From: Sphyrna mokarran
Taxonomy: Eukaryota
Reading direction: 5' to 3'
DNA length: 64,000 nucleotides
Assembly: GCA_024679065.1 (NCBI GenBank)
Contig: JAGIQG010000030.1
Location: forward strand, 9,548,001-9,612,000
The position numbers and the translations under genes were made by a program. Shown piece after piece: positions 51,200 to 64,000 of the stretch (positions are counted from its first letter, which is position 1; every line of letters starts with the position of its first letter). The notes below the pieces were generated by a model. The model was given only the letters and a program-made list of their open reading frames with translations. It was not told the DNA's origin and ran no database searches.

Positions 51200-51860
51200 A
51201 TGGTAGATATACCAAATTTCCTTAGTCTTCTGAGGAGGTTGGCGGGCTCACTTAACTAGAGTGTTGGCATGGGAGGGACCAGGACAGGTTGTTGGTGATC
51301 TTGACATCTAAGAACTTGAAGCTCTCGACCCTTTCTACTTCGTCCCAGTTGATGTGGACAGGGCCATGTTCTCCTTTATGCTTTCTGAAATTGATGACAA
51401 CCTTCTTCATTCTGTTGACATTGAGAGAGAGATTATTGTTGCTGCACCAGTTCGTCAGATTCTCTATCTCATTCCTTTTTGCTGTCTCGTGATTGTTTGA
51501 GATCTGACCTACCATGGTGGTAATGTCAGCAAACTTGAAAATTGAATTGGAGGGAAATTTGGCCACATAATCGTAGGTTATAAGGAATATAGTAAGGAAC
51601 TGAGAACACAGCCTTGTGGGCAGCTGTGTTGAGGATGATCATGGAGGAGGTATTGTTGCCTATCCTTACTGATTGTGGTCTGTGATTTAGGAAGTTCAGG
51701 ATCCAGTCGTAGAGGGAGGTGCTGAGGTCCAGACCATAGAGTTTGGAGATGGGTTTTGTGAGAGTAATGGTGTTGAAGGCTGCGCTGTAGTCAACAAATA
51801 GGAATCTGACATGGGTGTCTTTATTATCTAGGTGCTCCAGGGTTGAGTGCAGGGCCAGGG
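51200..51860 (-). mobile_element. Rex1/Babar reverse transcriptase fragment
   Basis: [75 protein letters not shown]. Confidence 0.9.
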
Positions 51861-53756
51861 AAAGAGTGTGGGAAAAAAGAAAGGGACAAGATAGGAATGG
51901 GAAAAGAGAAAGAGGGAAAGGGAGGAGAGAGGGACGTTGTGGGAAAGTGGGAAAAATGAGAGATAGATTTAGAAAGTGGGAGAGTGAGATACAGAGTGGG
52001 ACAGAACAAAAAGCCTCCCTCTCTCTTTCTCTTAAGCTTCCCCTTGCCCTTCCATCTGAGGGTACTGAATGGCTATCCAATGCCAAACAGATGGAGGAGA
52101 GAAAAAAAATCATTTCCAGCACCCCCCTGTCCCACCCACAGTGTTCTTTCTTACTCCCTCTTAACCATCAAAACCATAAAGATTTTTAATAAATATAACA
52201 AAGTGGGAGACTTTATATATATCTTCCATCAAGTTGTACTAATTATCTCGACCATTTTTGATCCTGTCACTTTGAAATCTTGTCTTGAATAATGATCACA
52301 CATTCAGCTGAACCTCAAACAAAGCAAGAGTGTCATTTGCAATCATATAGACAGTACTTCTTAATGCTTCATTCTGTGGTCTGGAGAATATGAAAAAAAA
52401 CATTCATGAAATGACAGAAAGGCGTTTGAAATGGAAATTTGTACTGCGAAGGTTGTCAGTGCAGCTGAGTTTACAATGTCCACATGACTGCAAAGGATTG
52501 AATTAAGAAGAGTTTCTCCAGTAGCAGGATGAGTACAAATTGTTATTTTAAATTTTGATTATGTTTTCAAATTACTCTTACAGATATTCATGATTTGGCT
52601 GCTTTGTATTCACATTGTGCCTAGTTGGAAAAGGGCACTTTACGGGACCGATCATGAGACATCACCAGCCGTTTGCGCAGGCAAATCCTAACAGCCAGGA
52701 GAGTGAACGTCTTTCCAATAAATCACTCATTTGTTTGTATCTTCGTGGTATGCAAGCCTAACCTTTAAAAATATCACAATGACAGAATAAGATTTTAAAC
52801 AGAGTATTCGTTAGCCCAGTAGCTAGATGGCTGGTGTGCAGTTCAGGATAATGGCTAAAGAGTGGTTTTGATTCCTATTCTGGCTGAAGCAGATGCAACC
52901 TGTCTACTTGCCCCAGGCCTGAGGACAGAAGGCAAAGGCAAACTAACACTGACAGAAAACTGCAAAGAGCTCCGGGTGAAGCATCAACAGACATTGAGCC
53001 AAGTACCTGCTTTTGGGCTGAGCACACATGACATGGAGTGGTGAAATATAATTTTATATTGGTAGTACATTGAGCAAGTCCTGTGTGTACTAACCAGCCA
53101 CCCCTTGAGACTGAGTGTCAGAAAGATATTTAGTTGCAGCAGGTGTTACAGCTTTGTCCATCCTTATGTCACATAGGAACAAGAATAGGCCATTCAACAC
53201 ATTGAGTCTGCTCCACCGTTCAATATAACCATGGCTGATTTTAACACTTAAACGCCTTTTGCACACAATATCCTCATAACACAATTATTAATCTGTACCT
53301 TAAACATACTCAATGACTGAGCTTCCATAGTCCTCTGGAAGAGAGAATTCCAAAGATTCACAACTCTTTGTGTAAATAAACTTCTCTTCATCTTGCTCCC
53401 AAGTGGCTTCCCCCTGTTGTGAATTGTGCTTCCTGGTTCTAGACTCCACAACCATGGGAAACATCTTATTGCTCCTACCATGTCTATTCCTTTAAGTATT
53501 TTGTTGGCGTGAATGAGATCACCTCTCATTCTTCGAAATTCTTGAAAATACAGACCCTGTTTGCCCAATCATTCTTCATAAGACTGTCCCATCATCCCAG
53601 GAACAAGTCTAATGACATTTGTTGCTCTTCTTCTATGACAATATGATTCTTTCTGAAAACTGTACACAGTACTCTGGGTGTAGATTAACTAAGCTTTTAA
53701 AAATTGAAGCATGTCCTCACTACTCCTGTGCTCAAATCCTTTTGGGACAAAGGCTA

Positions 53757-54440
53757 GGAATACTGTGGTGAATAACTCACTTCCTGACTCCCCATTGTCT
53801 ATCCACCATCCATAAGGCACAAGTCAAGGGTGTGATGGAATACTTCTCACTTGCCTGAATGCGTGCATCTCCAACAACACTCAAGAAGCTTGACACCTTC
53901 CCAGACAAATCAGCCCACATCCACAAACATCCATTCTCTCCATCACTGACATTCCGTAGCAACAATGTATACTATCTTTACACTGCAGCAATTCACCAAA
54001 GATCCTGAAACAGCACCTTCCAAACTTTTGACCTCTTCCATCTAAAAGAACAAGGGCAACAGATACATGGGAACACCACCACTTGCAAGTTCCTCTTCAA
54101 GTCACTCACCATCCTGACTTGGAAATATATTGCCATTCCTTTGCAGCCATTGGGTCAAAATCCTGGAATTCCTTTCCTAACAACATTGTGGGGCAACCCA
54201 CAGCATGTGAACTGTAGTGATTCAAGAAGGCAGCTCACCACCACCTTCTCAAGGACCACTAGGGATGGGCAACAAATGCAATGATGTGGAAATGCCAGCA
54301 TTCAATTGGGATAAGCACAGTAAGAAGTCTCACAACACCACATTAAAAGTCCTGTTGGACTTTAACCTGCTATTGTGAGACTTCTTACTAAACAAATACT
54401 GGCCATCCAGCAATGCCCTTGTCCTATGAATGAATAAAAA
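53757..54440 (+). mobile_element. 3' portion of a CR1/L2-group LINE, putative partner of the 15410 SINE
   Basis: IHKAQVKGVMEYFSLA, TTLKKLDTFPDKSA, WNSFPN; tail shared with the SINE at 15720-15788. Confidence 0.75.
54281..54390. mobile_element. Palindromic Penelope-derived mini-insertion
   Basis: 17-bp perfect inverted repeat at 54319-54335 and 54373-54389; flanked by aacaaat direct repeats (54271, 54391). Confidence 0.7.
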
Positions 54441-55169
54441 AAGGCTAACATTTCGTTAGCCTTCCTAATAGCTTGCTGCACTTAAAAGTTAGCCTTCAGT
54501 GACTTATGGATAAGGACACCTTTCAAGATACACACTTTGTAATTTCTTTCCATTTAGGAAATACATTGCATATCTATTTGTTCTATCAAAATGGATAACT
54601 TCACATGCATTACTTGTTGATGGACGACAATCAGCAGAATGAACTCTGATTCTTTCTTTCCCTATGAAAGGCTCAGGGTTGAGAAAATTTGATTTTTGTC
54701 ATGCAAAATTATCTTCTGGTCAAATTTTTGGCCCATTTTTCCTGGGCAATAAAGGCCAACAACGGATCCTGCGAAGATCAACTAACCCATCACAAAATGT
54801 ATTCACAAGAAATAATGAACACGAGTGGTTCATGTAGAATTAAATGCATAATGCAATTATTACCTTAGCTAAATGCAAAAGGGTTTGGACACAGCAAGAT
54901 GCCACAAATGTAAGTTAGAATAGTGGCCTATTAATCATTTTTTGGTGGTGTTCTTGGAGAGAAGATCATGGACTAAACTGTGGGAGCTCCTTATTCATCT
55001 TTGAATAGGCTCACATTCATCTGATCTATGACAGACAAGGCCAACGTATAACATGAGAGATGGTATTTTTGACCAGGAAGCTCTCCCTCTGTACGGCAGT
55101 GAAGTGTTAGTCTGGACATTCAGTGAATGAATGATACTGGTTGATTGCAATCAAATTATGCATCAATGA

Positions 55170-55435
55170 GACAGAGATAAGGAGGAATTTCTTCTCTCAG
55201 AGAGGAGTGAATCTGTGAAATATTTTACTGCAGAGCAATGTAGAGGCTGGATCATTAAATGTTTTCAGGGTTGAGATATACAGATTTTTAATTAGTAAGG
55301 CAGTTGAGGATTATGGGGATAAGACCAGAAAGTGGAGTTGAGGATTATATCAGATCAGCCATAATCCCATTAAGTAGTGGAGCAGATTCGATGGGCAGAA
55401 TGGCCTACTACTGCCTCTTTGCCTTATGGGCTGAT
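55170..55435 (+). mobile_element. CR1 3' end
   Basis: aggaggaatttcttctctcagag...agatcagccat...gcagattcgatgggcagaatggcctact. Confidence 0.8.
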
Positions 55436-55689
55436 GGTCTTATGATTAGAATCATGGAGAATGCTGTTGCTTGTTATGTGGATTACATGATTAAATTATT
55501 ACCTTACATTCATTAACAGCCATTCACTTACAGTAGACTGCAGAACCAATGCAATCCATTTGCACTTGGGATTTTATTTTCTCTATGCAGCCCTCACCAC
55601 TTATACTGTGAGTGTTAGTGCTAATATGATTTGCCTATTATATGCATTGAAAGGTTCATACTTTAAAGTGTTCTGTTTAAAGCTGGTTC

Positions 55690-56160
55690 ACAGAATCATA
55701 GAATCCCTACAGTACAGAAGAACATAGAATATAGAACATCACAGCGCAGTATGGGCCCTTCAGCCCCCGATCCTGCGCCGACCAGGAGAATGAATTTAAT
55801 AACCCTTTAACCTAAACTATTCCAATACTAGCCATATGCCTATCCACTGACCATTTGACCATTTTAAAGTTGGCAAAGAAAGCTATTGAGCCTGCACCAA
55901 CTACAATCCCACCTAGGCCCTTTCCCTGTAACCCCACATATTTATTCTGCTAATCCCCCTGACACTTTGAGCCAATTCAGCACGACCAATCAATCTAACC
56001 CATACATGTTTGGGTTGGGAAAGGAAACCAGAGCACCTGGAGGAAATCCATGCAAATACTGGGAGAACGTGCAAACTCCACACAGACAGTCACCCTAGGT
56101 CAGAATCAGAACTGAATTCCTGGAGCAGTGAGGCAGCAGTGTTAACCACTGTGCCACCCT
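55690..56160 (-). mobile_element. V-SINE with a CR1 tail fragment (55725-55875) nested in its tail
   Basis: atcatagaatccctacagtacagaag interrupted by aacatagaatatagaac..gggcccttcagccc; V-domain and head at 56010-56160. Confidence 0.8.
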
Positions 56161-57497
56161 GCCTCCTGTTGCTGAGTATACTTGAACTATGGTGAATTTC
56201 AGATTTTAGGAAGCACTGATGGAACTCGATGTGCTAATTCTCATAATGTACATCATAGTAGCGTCCAACAATCACAAAGTGTGAATTTGTTGGGTTCATA
56301 GCGCTAATATTTAAATAGGAACAACAGTCTGACACCAAAAATGTTCACGTTTAGACCAAGGCTCACTATAATAAAAATATATAATTTACACAAATGTTAG
56401 GTGCAATTTTGTTCCTGTCTGTGCCTGCTACTTATAGCTGTGTCTAAGATGGCATTTTGCAAACACTCATCTCAAATAACTTAGCTGACTGCTGCACAGA
56501 TTTGGAAGATTACAGATCCCTGGTTTCAGCTGGGTGATTTTATTCAAGGCTTCAGTTGAGGGACTCAACATGATGAGGGAGGGGACAAATCATTTAAGGT
56601 TTCTTTTCAGGAGTGTTGATTTTTTGAAGGCGAGATTTTTCTTGTCTGATTGTTTTACCAAATCACGTACTATCTTTAGACAAGGTGAGGGTTGGGAGGG
56701 TTTGGGTGGGGTATGCAAACAGCTCTCAAATTTTCAACAAAGCTGCTCTGAATCTGCCCACTGGGAAAATAGAGGAGCAGCAATCCACACACATCTCCTG
56801 CAGTGTTATTTATAACATTTAGTGATTATTGAAGATTTGACCACCTGCGCTCTCCCTTCCTGGAGGTTGATACAGGAGCATTATTTTGAATAAGAGCAGT
56901 AGCATAGCGTTTCGAAATGTTCGAATATTTTCTTAATTCAGTTCCTCTTTTCTGAAGATGACAGTTCTTGCTGGGTAACGGTCACATACATTTCCTGATT
57001 GTATAGCAAATAAGGAATTGGAATGATGTCTCATTCCTCCATCCCCTAAGGCCATCAAGCATTCCCAATTGCTTCTTGAATAAAATAATCTAACTCAGCA
57101 TAGACAAGGGATTGAGCCTGTGATCTTTCAACGGTCTGCATTTCTGCTACTGAATGTTTTAATCAACTGAACTATTGGGATGAAGGTTTTAGCAAAATGT
57201 CATCTTAAATGCAGGGCTAAAAATCTACTATGTTTGTTCCAGCTGGAACCACAGGAACAGAATTACACTTCACATCTGTTTAGCATTGCATACTTTATTA
57301 TAACAAGAGTTGCAGCTGAATCTCAACATTTCTGGTGTCTAACTACTGATCCTGATTTAAATGTTAGTGCTGAATCCAACACATTAACATTTTGTGAGTC
57401 GCTAATAACAGATAGAGGAACTAGCATGAGTCACATATAAAATTGTTTCCATCTATTTTGTAGATTAGTGGTGACAATGAAAGCAAATACTGTCTCT

Positions 57498-58015
57498 AAG
57501 TTTATTTATTAGTGTCACAAGTAGGTTTACGTTAACAGTGCAATGAAGTTACTGTGAAAATCCCCCAGTTGCCACACTCTGGCCCCTGTTTGGGTACACT
57601 GAGGAAGAATTTAGCATGGCCAATGCACCTAACCAGCATGTCTTTCAGATTGTGGAATTCCCTTCTTCAGAGAGTAACAGAGGCTGGTCATTGAATACAT
57701 TCATAGAATCTATACAATGCAGAAGGAGGCCATGTGGTCCATCAAGTCTGCACTGACAACAATCACACCCAGGCCCTATTGCCCTGCCAGTATATATTTA
57801 CCCTGCTAGTCCTCCTGACACTAAGGGGCAATTTAGCCTGGCCTATCAACCTAACCTACATATCTTTGGAATGCAGGAGGGAACCGGAGCACCCGAGGAA
57901 ACCCACGCAGACACACGGAGAACATGCAGAATCTGCACAAACAGTAGCCCAAGCCGAGAGTTGAACCCAGGTCCCTGTGGCTGTGAGGGAGCAATGCTAA
58001 CCAATGTGCCACCCT
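57498..58015 (-). mobile_element. Alternative-tail V-SINE 3' half (57498-57655) and a CR1-tail V-SINE (57700-58015)
   Basis: aagtttatttattagtgtcacaagtagg tail; second copy gaaccggagcacccgaggaaacccacgcagacac. Confidence 0.85.
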
Positions 58016-59029
58016 AATATACTTAATGTGACATAATTATTTGGGACACACAATAAAAATGCTAGCCTATGCAGCAACGCCAATGCCTTGTGAAAGAATA
58101 AAACCAAATGATCCTGATTACACATTTTCACATTTACTACAGGACTTTTGATGGTGAGATGCTGTGTGTTTTTAGTGAGTTCGGAGTCTGCTTTCTCCTT
58201 GCGACCTGACTTCCCAACAGAATTTTCAAAATATAAGTTTGTACCTGCAAAGCTTTCATTTGTCTTCTATTAGCTCTTTAGAATGTACTTCAACAGATAT
58301 GCCATTGGTAACACAAGAAGTTGGCAGGCAATTCTCCTTCACCAGCAGTATTTTGGCTTGAAATTGCAGCTATGCTACAGTAAAGTGAATTGACTCTCAT
58401 TTTGATTTTCATCCTTCCTTTTGATGGAAGCATCTTATCTCCGCTGTACACTCTCTCCCAATGGCTTCACTTAAATTAGAAATGCTACACGACCTTGAAA
58501 TTACACTGCATGATATTAGTACATGAATACTTAATACATTCATATGTAATTGCTTCTCCGTTTTAATGGAGGAAATAATTTGTTAATTTTGAATGGTTTA
58601 ATACCTCAGTTTAAACAGCAGAAAGAGAAGTTTCATACAGATGCATTAGGTGTACATTGCAGATTGTAATTTCAAGGCCCTTATTGTGAATGGAAAGCAT
58701 GACCAATTTCGTCATTCAGTGGCACACTATTTTGATTTATCAAAAAGGGACAGATTTGTTGGTCTAATGTTTTCGCTTTTCAAGAAATCCTAATGTTCTT
58801 TTGAATTAGATAAATCTATATCCCAGGTCATTTAGGTGCTGCTCTTGACTCTTCAAAGTAAGGGAGTTATACAAGAGTGCCTTAGGCCAGATATGCTACT
58901 TTTTTTACTTTGATTAATTCAGTAGGTGCATTATGTGGAGCTACAAAGGTCACAAATAAGTTTGAATCAATATCCCCATCCATTTCCATGCTTCTCAAAT
59001 TATGCATAGCAATAGGGTTTGGTTTCTGG

Positions 59030-59360
59030 ATGTATCATAGAATCCCTGCAGTTCAGAAGGAGGCCATTTGGCCCATCAGATCTGCATCAATTCTCCAGCT
59101 GAGCATCCCACTCAGGCCTTACCCCATATATTTACCCTGCTAATCTTCCTAATCTACATCTTGGGACACTAAGGGGCAATTTAGCATGGCCAATCAACCT
59201 AACTTCCACAGCTTTGGACAGTAGGATGAAATTGGAGCACTACAGCAAACGCACACACACACAGGAAGGAGGATGTATACACTCCACATAGACAGTCCTC
59301 CAAGATTGGAATTGAACCTAGACCCCTGGTGCGGTGAGGCTGCAGTGTTATTTACCATGC
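59030..59360 (-). mobile_element. V-SINE with CR1 tail
   Basis: atcatagaatccctgcagt..ggaggccatttggcccatc..gacactaaggggcaatttagcatggccaatc. Confidence 0.8.
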
Positions 59361-59779
59361 CATCCTTGTAGGATTACTCCACCCAATTGCAGCAACAATA
59401 TTCAGAAAATTGCCTACCAAAAGCCCACAAAACTTAAGCATGATAATTATTGAAATATAAGGATAATTCCCTGAAGGATGTGAGAGTTGGAGAATCAATG
59501 CTACAATCAATGACTGTTACCTGGGCTTTGTTGTCAAATTTTCACAACTGAAGTACTATAAATGATAAGGAACTGGAGTTTGAACATATTTTTCTTTAGA
59601 CTAATGTTTCATATTGAGTATTCAGAACTTAAAGCAAAGAAACAGGTCACTTGACCCAACTAGCCCACATATTATTTATACCCCGCAAGAGCTTCCTATC
59701 ACCTTAATTCATCTCAGCTTATCACCATATCCTTCCATTCCTTTCTTTGTCATGTCCTTATCTATCTTTGTCTTCGTCA

Positions 59780-60795
59780 GAGATGAGATGGAAGTGATCA
59801 AGAGCTTCAAATTTCTCGGTGGTCAGACCTGTCCTGATCCCTCCACGCCAGTGCAATAATTAAAAAAGCCCACCATCAGTTCTAATTTCTCAGGAAATTA
59901 AGGAAATTCAGCTTGTCCATTATGACACACAATATTTACAAATGCCCCATAGAAAGCATCCTTTCCAGATGTATCACAGCTTTCTATGGCTTCCACTCTG
60001 ATCAAGACCACAAGAAACTACTGAACATTGCCCAGTCCTGCATGCAAACAAGACTACCATCCATTGACTGCTTCTACACATCCTGATGCTTCAGGAAAAC
60101 AACCAGCATAATCAAGGACTCTATGCACCCCGAACATACTCTCTTCCGTCTTCTTCCATCAGGAGAAAGATATAAAAATCTGAGATCATGTACCAACTAA
60201 CTCAAGAACAGCTTCTTACATGCTCCATCAAACTTTTGAATGGACCTACCTTATATTAAGTTGATGTTTCTCTACGCCCTAGCTATGACTGTAACACTAT
60301 ATTCTGTACCCTCCCCTTTCCTTCTCCCTATGTACTCTATGAATAGTATGCTTTAATGATTTTGGCGGGGGAGAAGCTATGCTTTTTGCTGTATCCCAAT
60401 ACATATGATAATAATAACATAAGAATAAGGAATAGGTCATCTGGCACCTACTGAATTAATCAAAGTAAAAAAACCTGCTCCGTCATTCAATAAGATCATA
60501 GTTGATCTTTTTGTGAACTCAGCTCCACTTACCCGCCCGCTCATCATAACCCTTAATTCCTTTACTATTTGAAAATGTATCTATCCTTGCCTTAAAAATT
60601 CAATTGCCTCAACTGCTTCACTGGGTAGGGAATTCCACAGGTTCGCAACCCTTTGGGTGAAGAAGTTTCTCCTCAACTCAGTTTTTATTTTGAAGCCATG
60701 TCCCCTAGTTCTAGTTTCACCAGCCAGTGGAAACAACCTCCCTGCTTCTATTAATAATAATTATGACAATTTGATAATAAATCAAATCAAATCAA
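59780..60795 (+). mobile_element. Rex1/Babar 3' fragment with a minus-strand CR1 tail (60416-60750) inserted in its end
   Basis: IKSFKFLG, IESILSRCITAFYG; Rex tail ataataaatcaaatcaaatc resumes at ~60775. Confidence 0.8.
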
Positions 60796-61859
60796 TGTAT
60801 CTAAATGATTCAGTTTCGCCACTCCATTTGGTAGTGAATTTCACTTTTATCCCACTTTTCTGAAAGGTGCTAAATCAAGTCTGTCTACAACTTGATAGGC
60901 ACTGGAGGTTCTTTGATAGAACAACAACAACAATTTATATTTATATAGTGCTTCACAGGAGCATTTTAAAACAAATCCATATGCCATTTTTTAGAGTAAG
61001 CATGGATATTTTTGAAGAAAATTACTGAATGGACCATTCCTCCTCGCTGCCTGCCAAACTGTGTCAGAGATGTAGAGAAATAACAAAACGAAGGAGAAAA
61101 TGAATCACTAAAAAAAATAAAAATTGTAAGTCCACCTGCTTAATCGCAGGAGTCTTCATTTCATATCCTTCTGCTTGTATTAATTCAACCTAACTTGCAG
61201 AATTAAATAAGTAATGTGTGTAACCTATTGATGCATCTTCAGATTTATCCATTTTATCACAGACTGGCTGTTTTAATCTGACTGTCAGATCAATGAGATT
61301 TAAAGCAGCTGACTGGACCATTTTTGTGAAATGCAAAACTTAAAATGCAGAATGAAAAATTGATTGATTAATTCTGAAGAGTTGTGAATCAAGCAGACCC
61401 ACTGCTGCAATGCCAAATTGATTCTGTCGTTTCAGTGCTCGTCAATTCCTGCTTAATTTCATAGCATTAGCACTGGAGACTTTAATACAATTAAGATAGT
61501 TGTAAAATTAGACAATCTTCAGTCAAATGAGTGAGAAGATCACTCTCACATTGTGGTCCATTAATGCAAGCACTTGCATTCCTATACTGCTACCTGAGGG
61601 AGGAAAAGCAGGGCAAAATATTAAAGCCATCTGCTTTTATATTAGTTTTTGCCAGGATAGTGCTGTCTAATCCTGGTGGGCAGATTTTATCATGCTGGGA
61701 GAAAACCCAGAGTAAGCCTACTGATGTGACCAAGCAGCACTGGGGGAAATTAAAATGACCACAACCTATGTGCCTTATCAGCTAAGTTTATGCTTGGTTT
61801 CAGTGGGTTTGATACCACTAGCATTTGACATGTGGCGTTCTGCGCAGCAGTCTAACAAC

Positions 61860-62460
61860 AACTTGTCTTTATAAAGTCTTTCACGCAGTTGACACTGAGC
61901 CACAAAAAGGAAACATGGGGACAGATGACTGATAGCTTGGTCAAAGATATAGGGTTTCAGGAACATCATGAAGGAGAAGAAACCTTATTGAAACATATAA
62001 GATGATTAGAGGTTTAGATAGGGTGGACAGTGATAGCCCTTTTCCTAGGATGGAGAAAGCTAGCACGAGGGGACATAGCTTGAAATTAAGGGGTGGTAGT
62101 TATAGGACGGATGTCAGAGGTAGGTTCTTTACCAGAGGGTGGTAAGGGTATGGAATGCCCTGCCTGCTGCAGTTGTAGATGCGCCAAGTTTGGTGGTGTT
62201 TAAGAGGTTAGTGGATAAGTTTATGGATGAAAAGGGAATGGTTTAGGTTAGAGGGTCATTGCTTTTTCCTAATTGGTCGGCGCAACATCGAAGGCCGAAG
62301 AGCCTGTTCTGCGCTATAATGTTCTATGTTCTATGTTCTAAGAGAGGCAGAGCTTTAGGGAGGAGATTCCCAAACTCAGAACTTTGGTAACTGAAAGCTA
62401 TCAAGGTGGAGGAATTAAAAACAGGGATGCCTAAGAAGACAAAATTAATGGTGTGCAGAG
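61860..62460 (-). mobile_element. Old L2-like fragment with a plus-strand CR1 3' end (61982-62340) inserted
   Basis: gacactgagccaca..agcttggtcaaaga; CR1 insert STRGHSLKLRG, tail gttctatgttctatgttcta. Confidence 0.75.
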
Positions 62461-63574
62461 TGTTAGAATCCTGGACCCAAACGCCAAGATATGCTGTAAA
62501 GCCAAAGTAGACCACAACAATTTTTCTATTTTGGCATAAATGTGAAGCTAGGATGCTTCCTTCCAGAAGTAATTCTACTGACAAATTAGGGATCTTTTAT
62601 CAAAACATCTTTAGTCATAGCACAATATAAATATGACACTAACAAAATGAAGCAATTTAACTTTTAACAGTTGGACAATAGTTAAAAAAAGAAAGAAAAC
62701 AATTCTAATTTCTAACTTATCACTATTATAGTTACAACTATGCATATGCTACTTTAAATACAATTAGCAAATACAGACATACTTGCTTGTGTCACTAGCT
62801 TTGAAACTTTCAGAGGTTTTGATATTCAGAGCAGTTTGGAGATTTCTGTGTTTAAACCCCAGCCAGAAACTGGACAGAAAGTTCTTTCTCTCTCTGCTAC
62901 ATAACAGGCTCAACCCATTAACCACATTATCACATGACCCTGTATACTAAATTCACCTTCCATTACTACAATAAAAAAACCCTAAGAACCTTTTCTTTGT
63001 AAACAAGCGTCCATCAGCCTTCTCCTAAGTAAACACTACATGACTAAAATGACTAATTATCTTGCTTTCCCAGCTATACTCCTTCCAAACATATTTTAAA
63101 AAACCCGAATTTTAAAACAATACCTTTAAACATAAAATATACCAATAGCACAGTGTCATCACAAGAGACCAGAGAGGGTTATGAGGTTTGAGAAGATTAC
63201 AGAGTTGGGAGCTTTAAGGACATGGAAATATTTGAAAACAGGATGAGAATGAGTATTGTATAATTGTGGCTCTGCTTAATGCGGAGTCAGCATCGGTCCA
63301 CAAGCACCAATCTACTTGACTGGCAGCTTGCCTATCCTTCCAGTAATGACACTGCAATGGCCAGAAGAGGAAGTGCACAGAACTGCCTGGAAATAAGTCT
63401 TGGGAACAGAAGACCTAGGTAAGTGAAGGGGTCCTGGGGCAGGGATTGTAGCAAAGACCTATGGGAGTGACAAGGGGACAATCAGAGTCCCTGGGGATAG
63501 GCCAGGGCAGTGGGGGGTGCGGGTGGGAGGGGGTAGAAATCCAGAGGTCACCAGGCCTTAAGGGGAGGATTAAG

Positions 63575-63755
63575 TGGAAAAAAAACATCTGGTTCACTAG
63601 TGTCCTTTGGGAAGGAAATCTGCTGTCCTTACCTGGTCTGACCTACATTTGATTTCAGAGCCATAGCAATGTGGTTGACTTTAAACTGCCCTCCAAGGGC
63701 GACTGGGGATGGGCAATAAATACTGGCCAGCTAGTGATGCCCATGTCCCAAGAAA
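63575..63755 (+). mobile_element. 3' half of the 15410-type SINE
   Basis: catctggttcactagtgtcctttgggaaggaaatctgctgtccttacctggtctg...gggcaataaatactggccagc. Confidence 0.8.
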
Positions 63756-64000
63756 GCATAAGACTGGTAAGAATTTTTTTTGTGTATTATTTCAGATTCC
63801 CATCATTTAAAATATTTTTGATGGTTGACTCAGTGTACCTTGGAGCAGAATTGAACAGCAAGCTATGCTGATGATATGGAGGAGGAACAGAGAATAATCC
63901 ATTTCTTTGCTTTCTCTATGTCAACACACTCTAACCTGCGCCAGATCTCAAAGTAGAGTTAGTGTAGGAAGCTGAGTGACTAGTTATCAGACTCTTTGTA

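Larger units (their letters stand above)
53170..54605 (-). mobile_element. CR1 3' fragment split by a plus-strand LINE insertion
   Basis: RRMRGDLI, FTQRVVNLWNSL; CR1 resumes at 54441; aaaggcta is duplicated at 53749-53756 and 54440-54447. Confidence 0.8.

Noticed and set aside
51855-52050. Long purine tract and 124-198 aa ORFs
   Set aside because: Low-complexity GA-rich sequence abutting the Rex1 fragment; ORF extension is a compositional artefact
1-64000. CRISPR arrays, operons or other prokaryotic or viral systems
   Set aside because: No regularly spaced repeats or dense coding DNA; the sequence is vertebrate intronic and intergenic DNA

Overview
Vertebrate nuclear DNA, most likely a shark or other elasmobranch, inferred from the repeat set: CR1/HER1-type LINEs, HE1-like V-SINEs, SacSINE/Deu-type SINEs, Rex1/Babar, Tx1 and Penelope-derived fragments. 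I could not recognise any complete host protein-coding gene. A CpG-island promoter at about 31.9-32.9 kb (NRF1, CCAAT, GC-box, ETS and ZNF143-like motifs) appears to drive a minus-strand transcript. That transcript has several short, apparently non-coding exons (32021, 31753-31820, 14584-14985, 9927-10004, 8062-8112) and runs off the left edge. The right half is repeat-rich, probably intergenic, and includes a fossil hAT transposase split by a CR1 and a SINE. Nearly all long ORFs in the track are retroelement ORF2 pieces or their antisense shadows. The most unusual feature is a CR1 family present in two copies with different 5' truncation points. Its 3'UTR carries a ~119-nt strongly base-paired RNA domain followed by a V-SINE that supplies the 3' tail. 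Penelope-type minimal hammerhead motifs, a ~330-bp fold-back and V-SINE tail swapping are also visible. Repeat boundaries were read by eye and are approximate (tens of bp). Family names come from motif recognition, not database searches.
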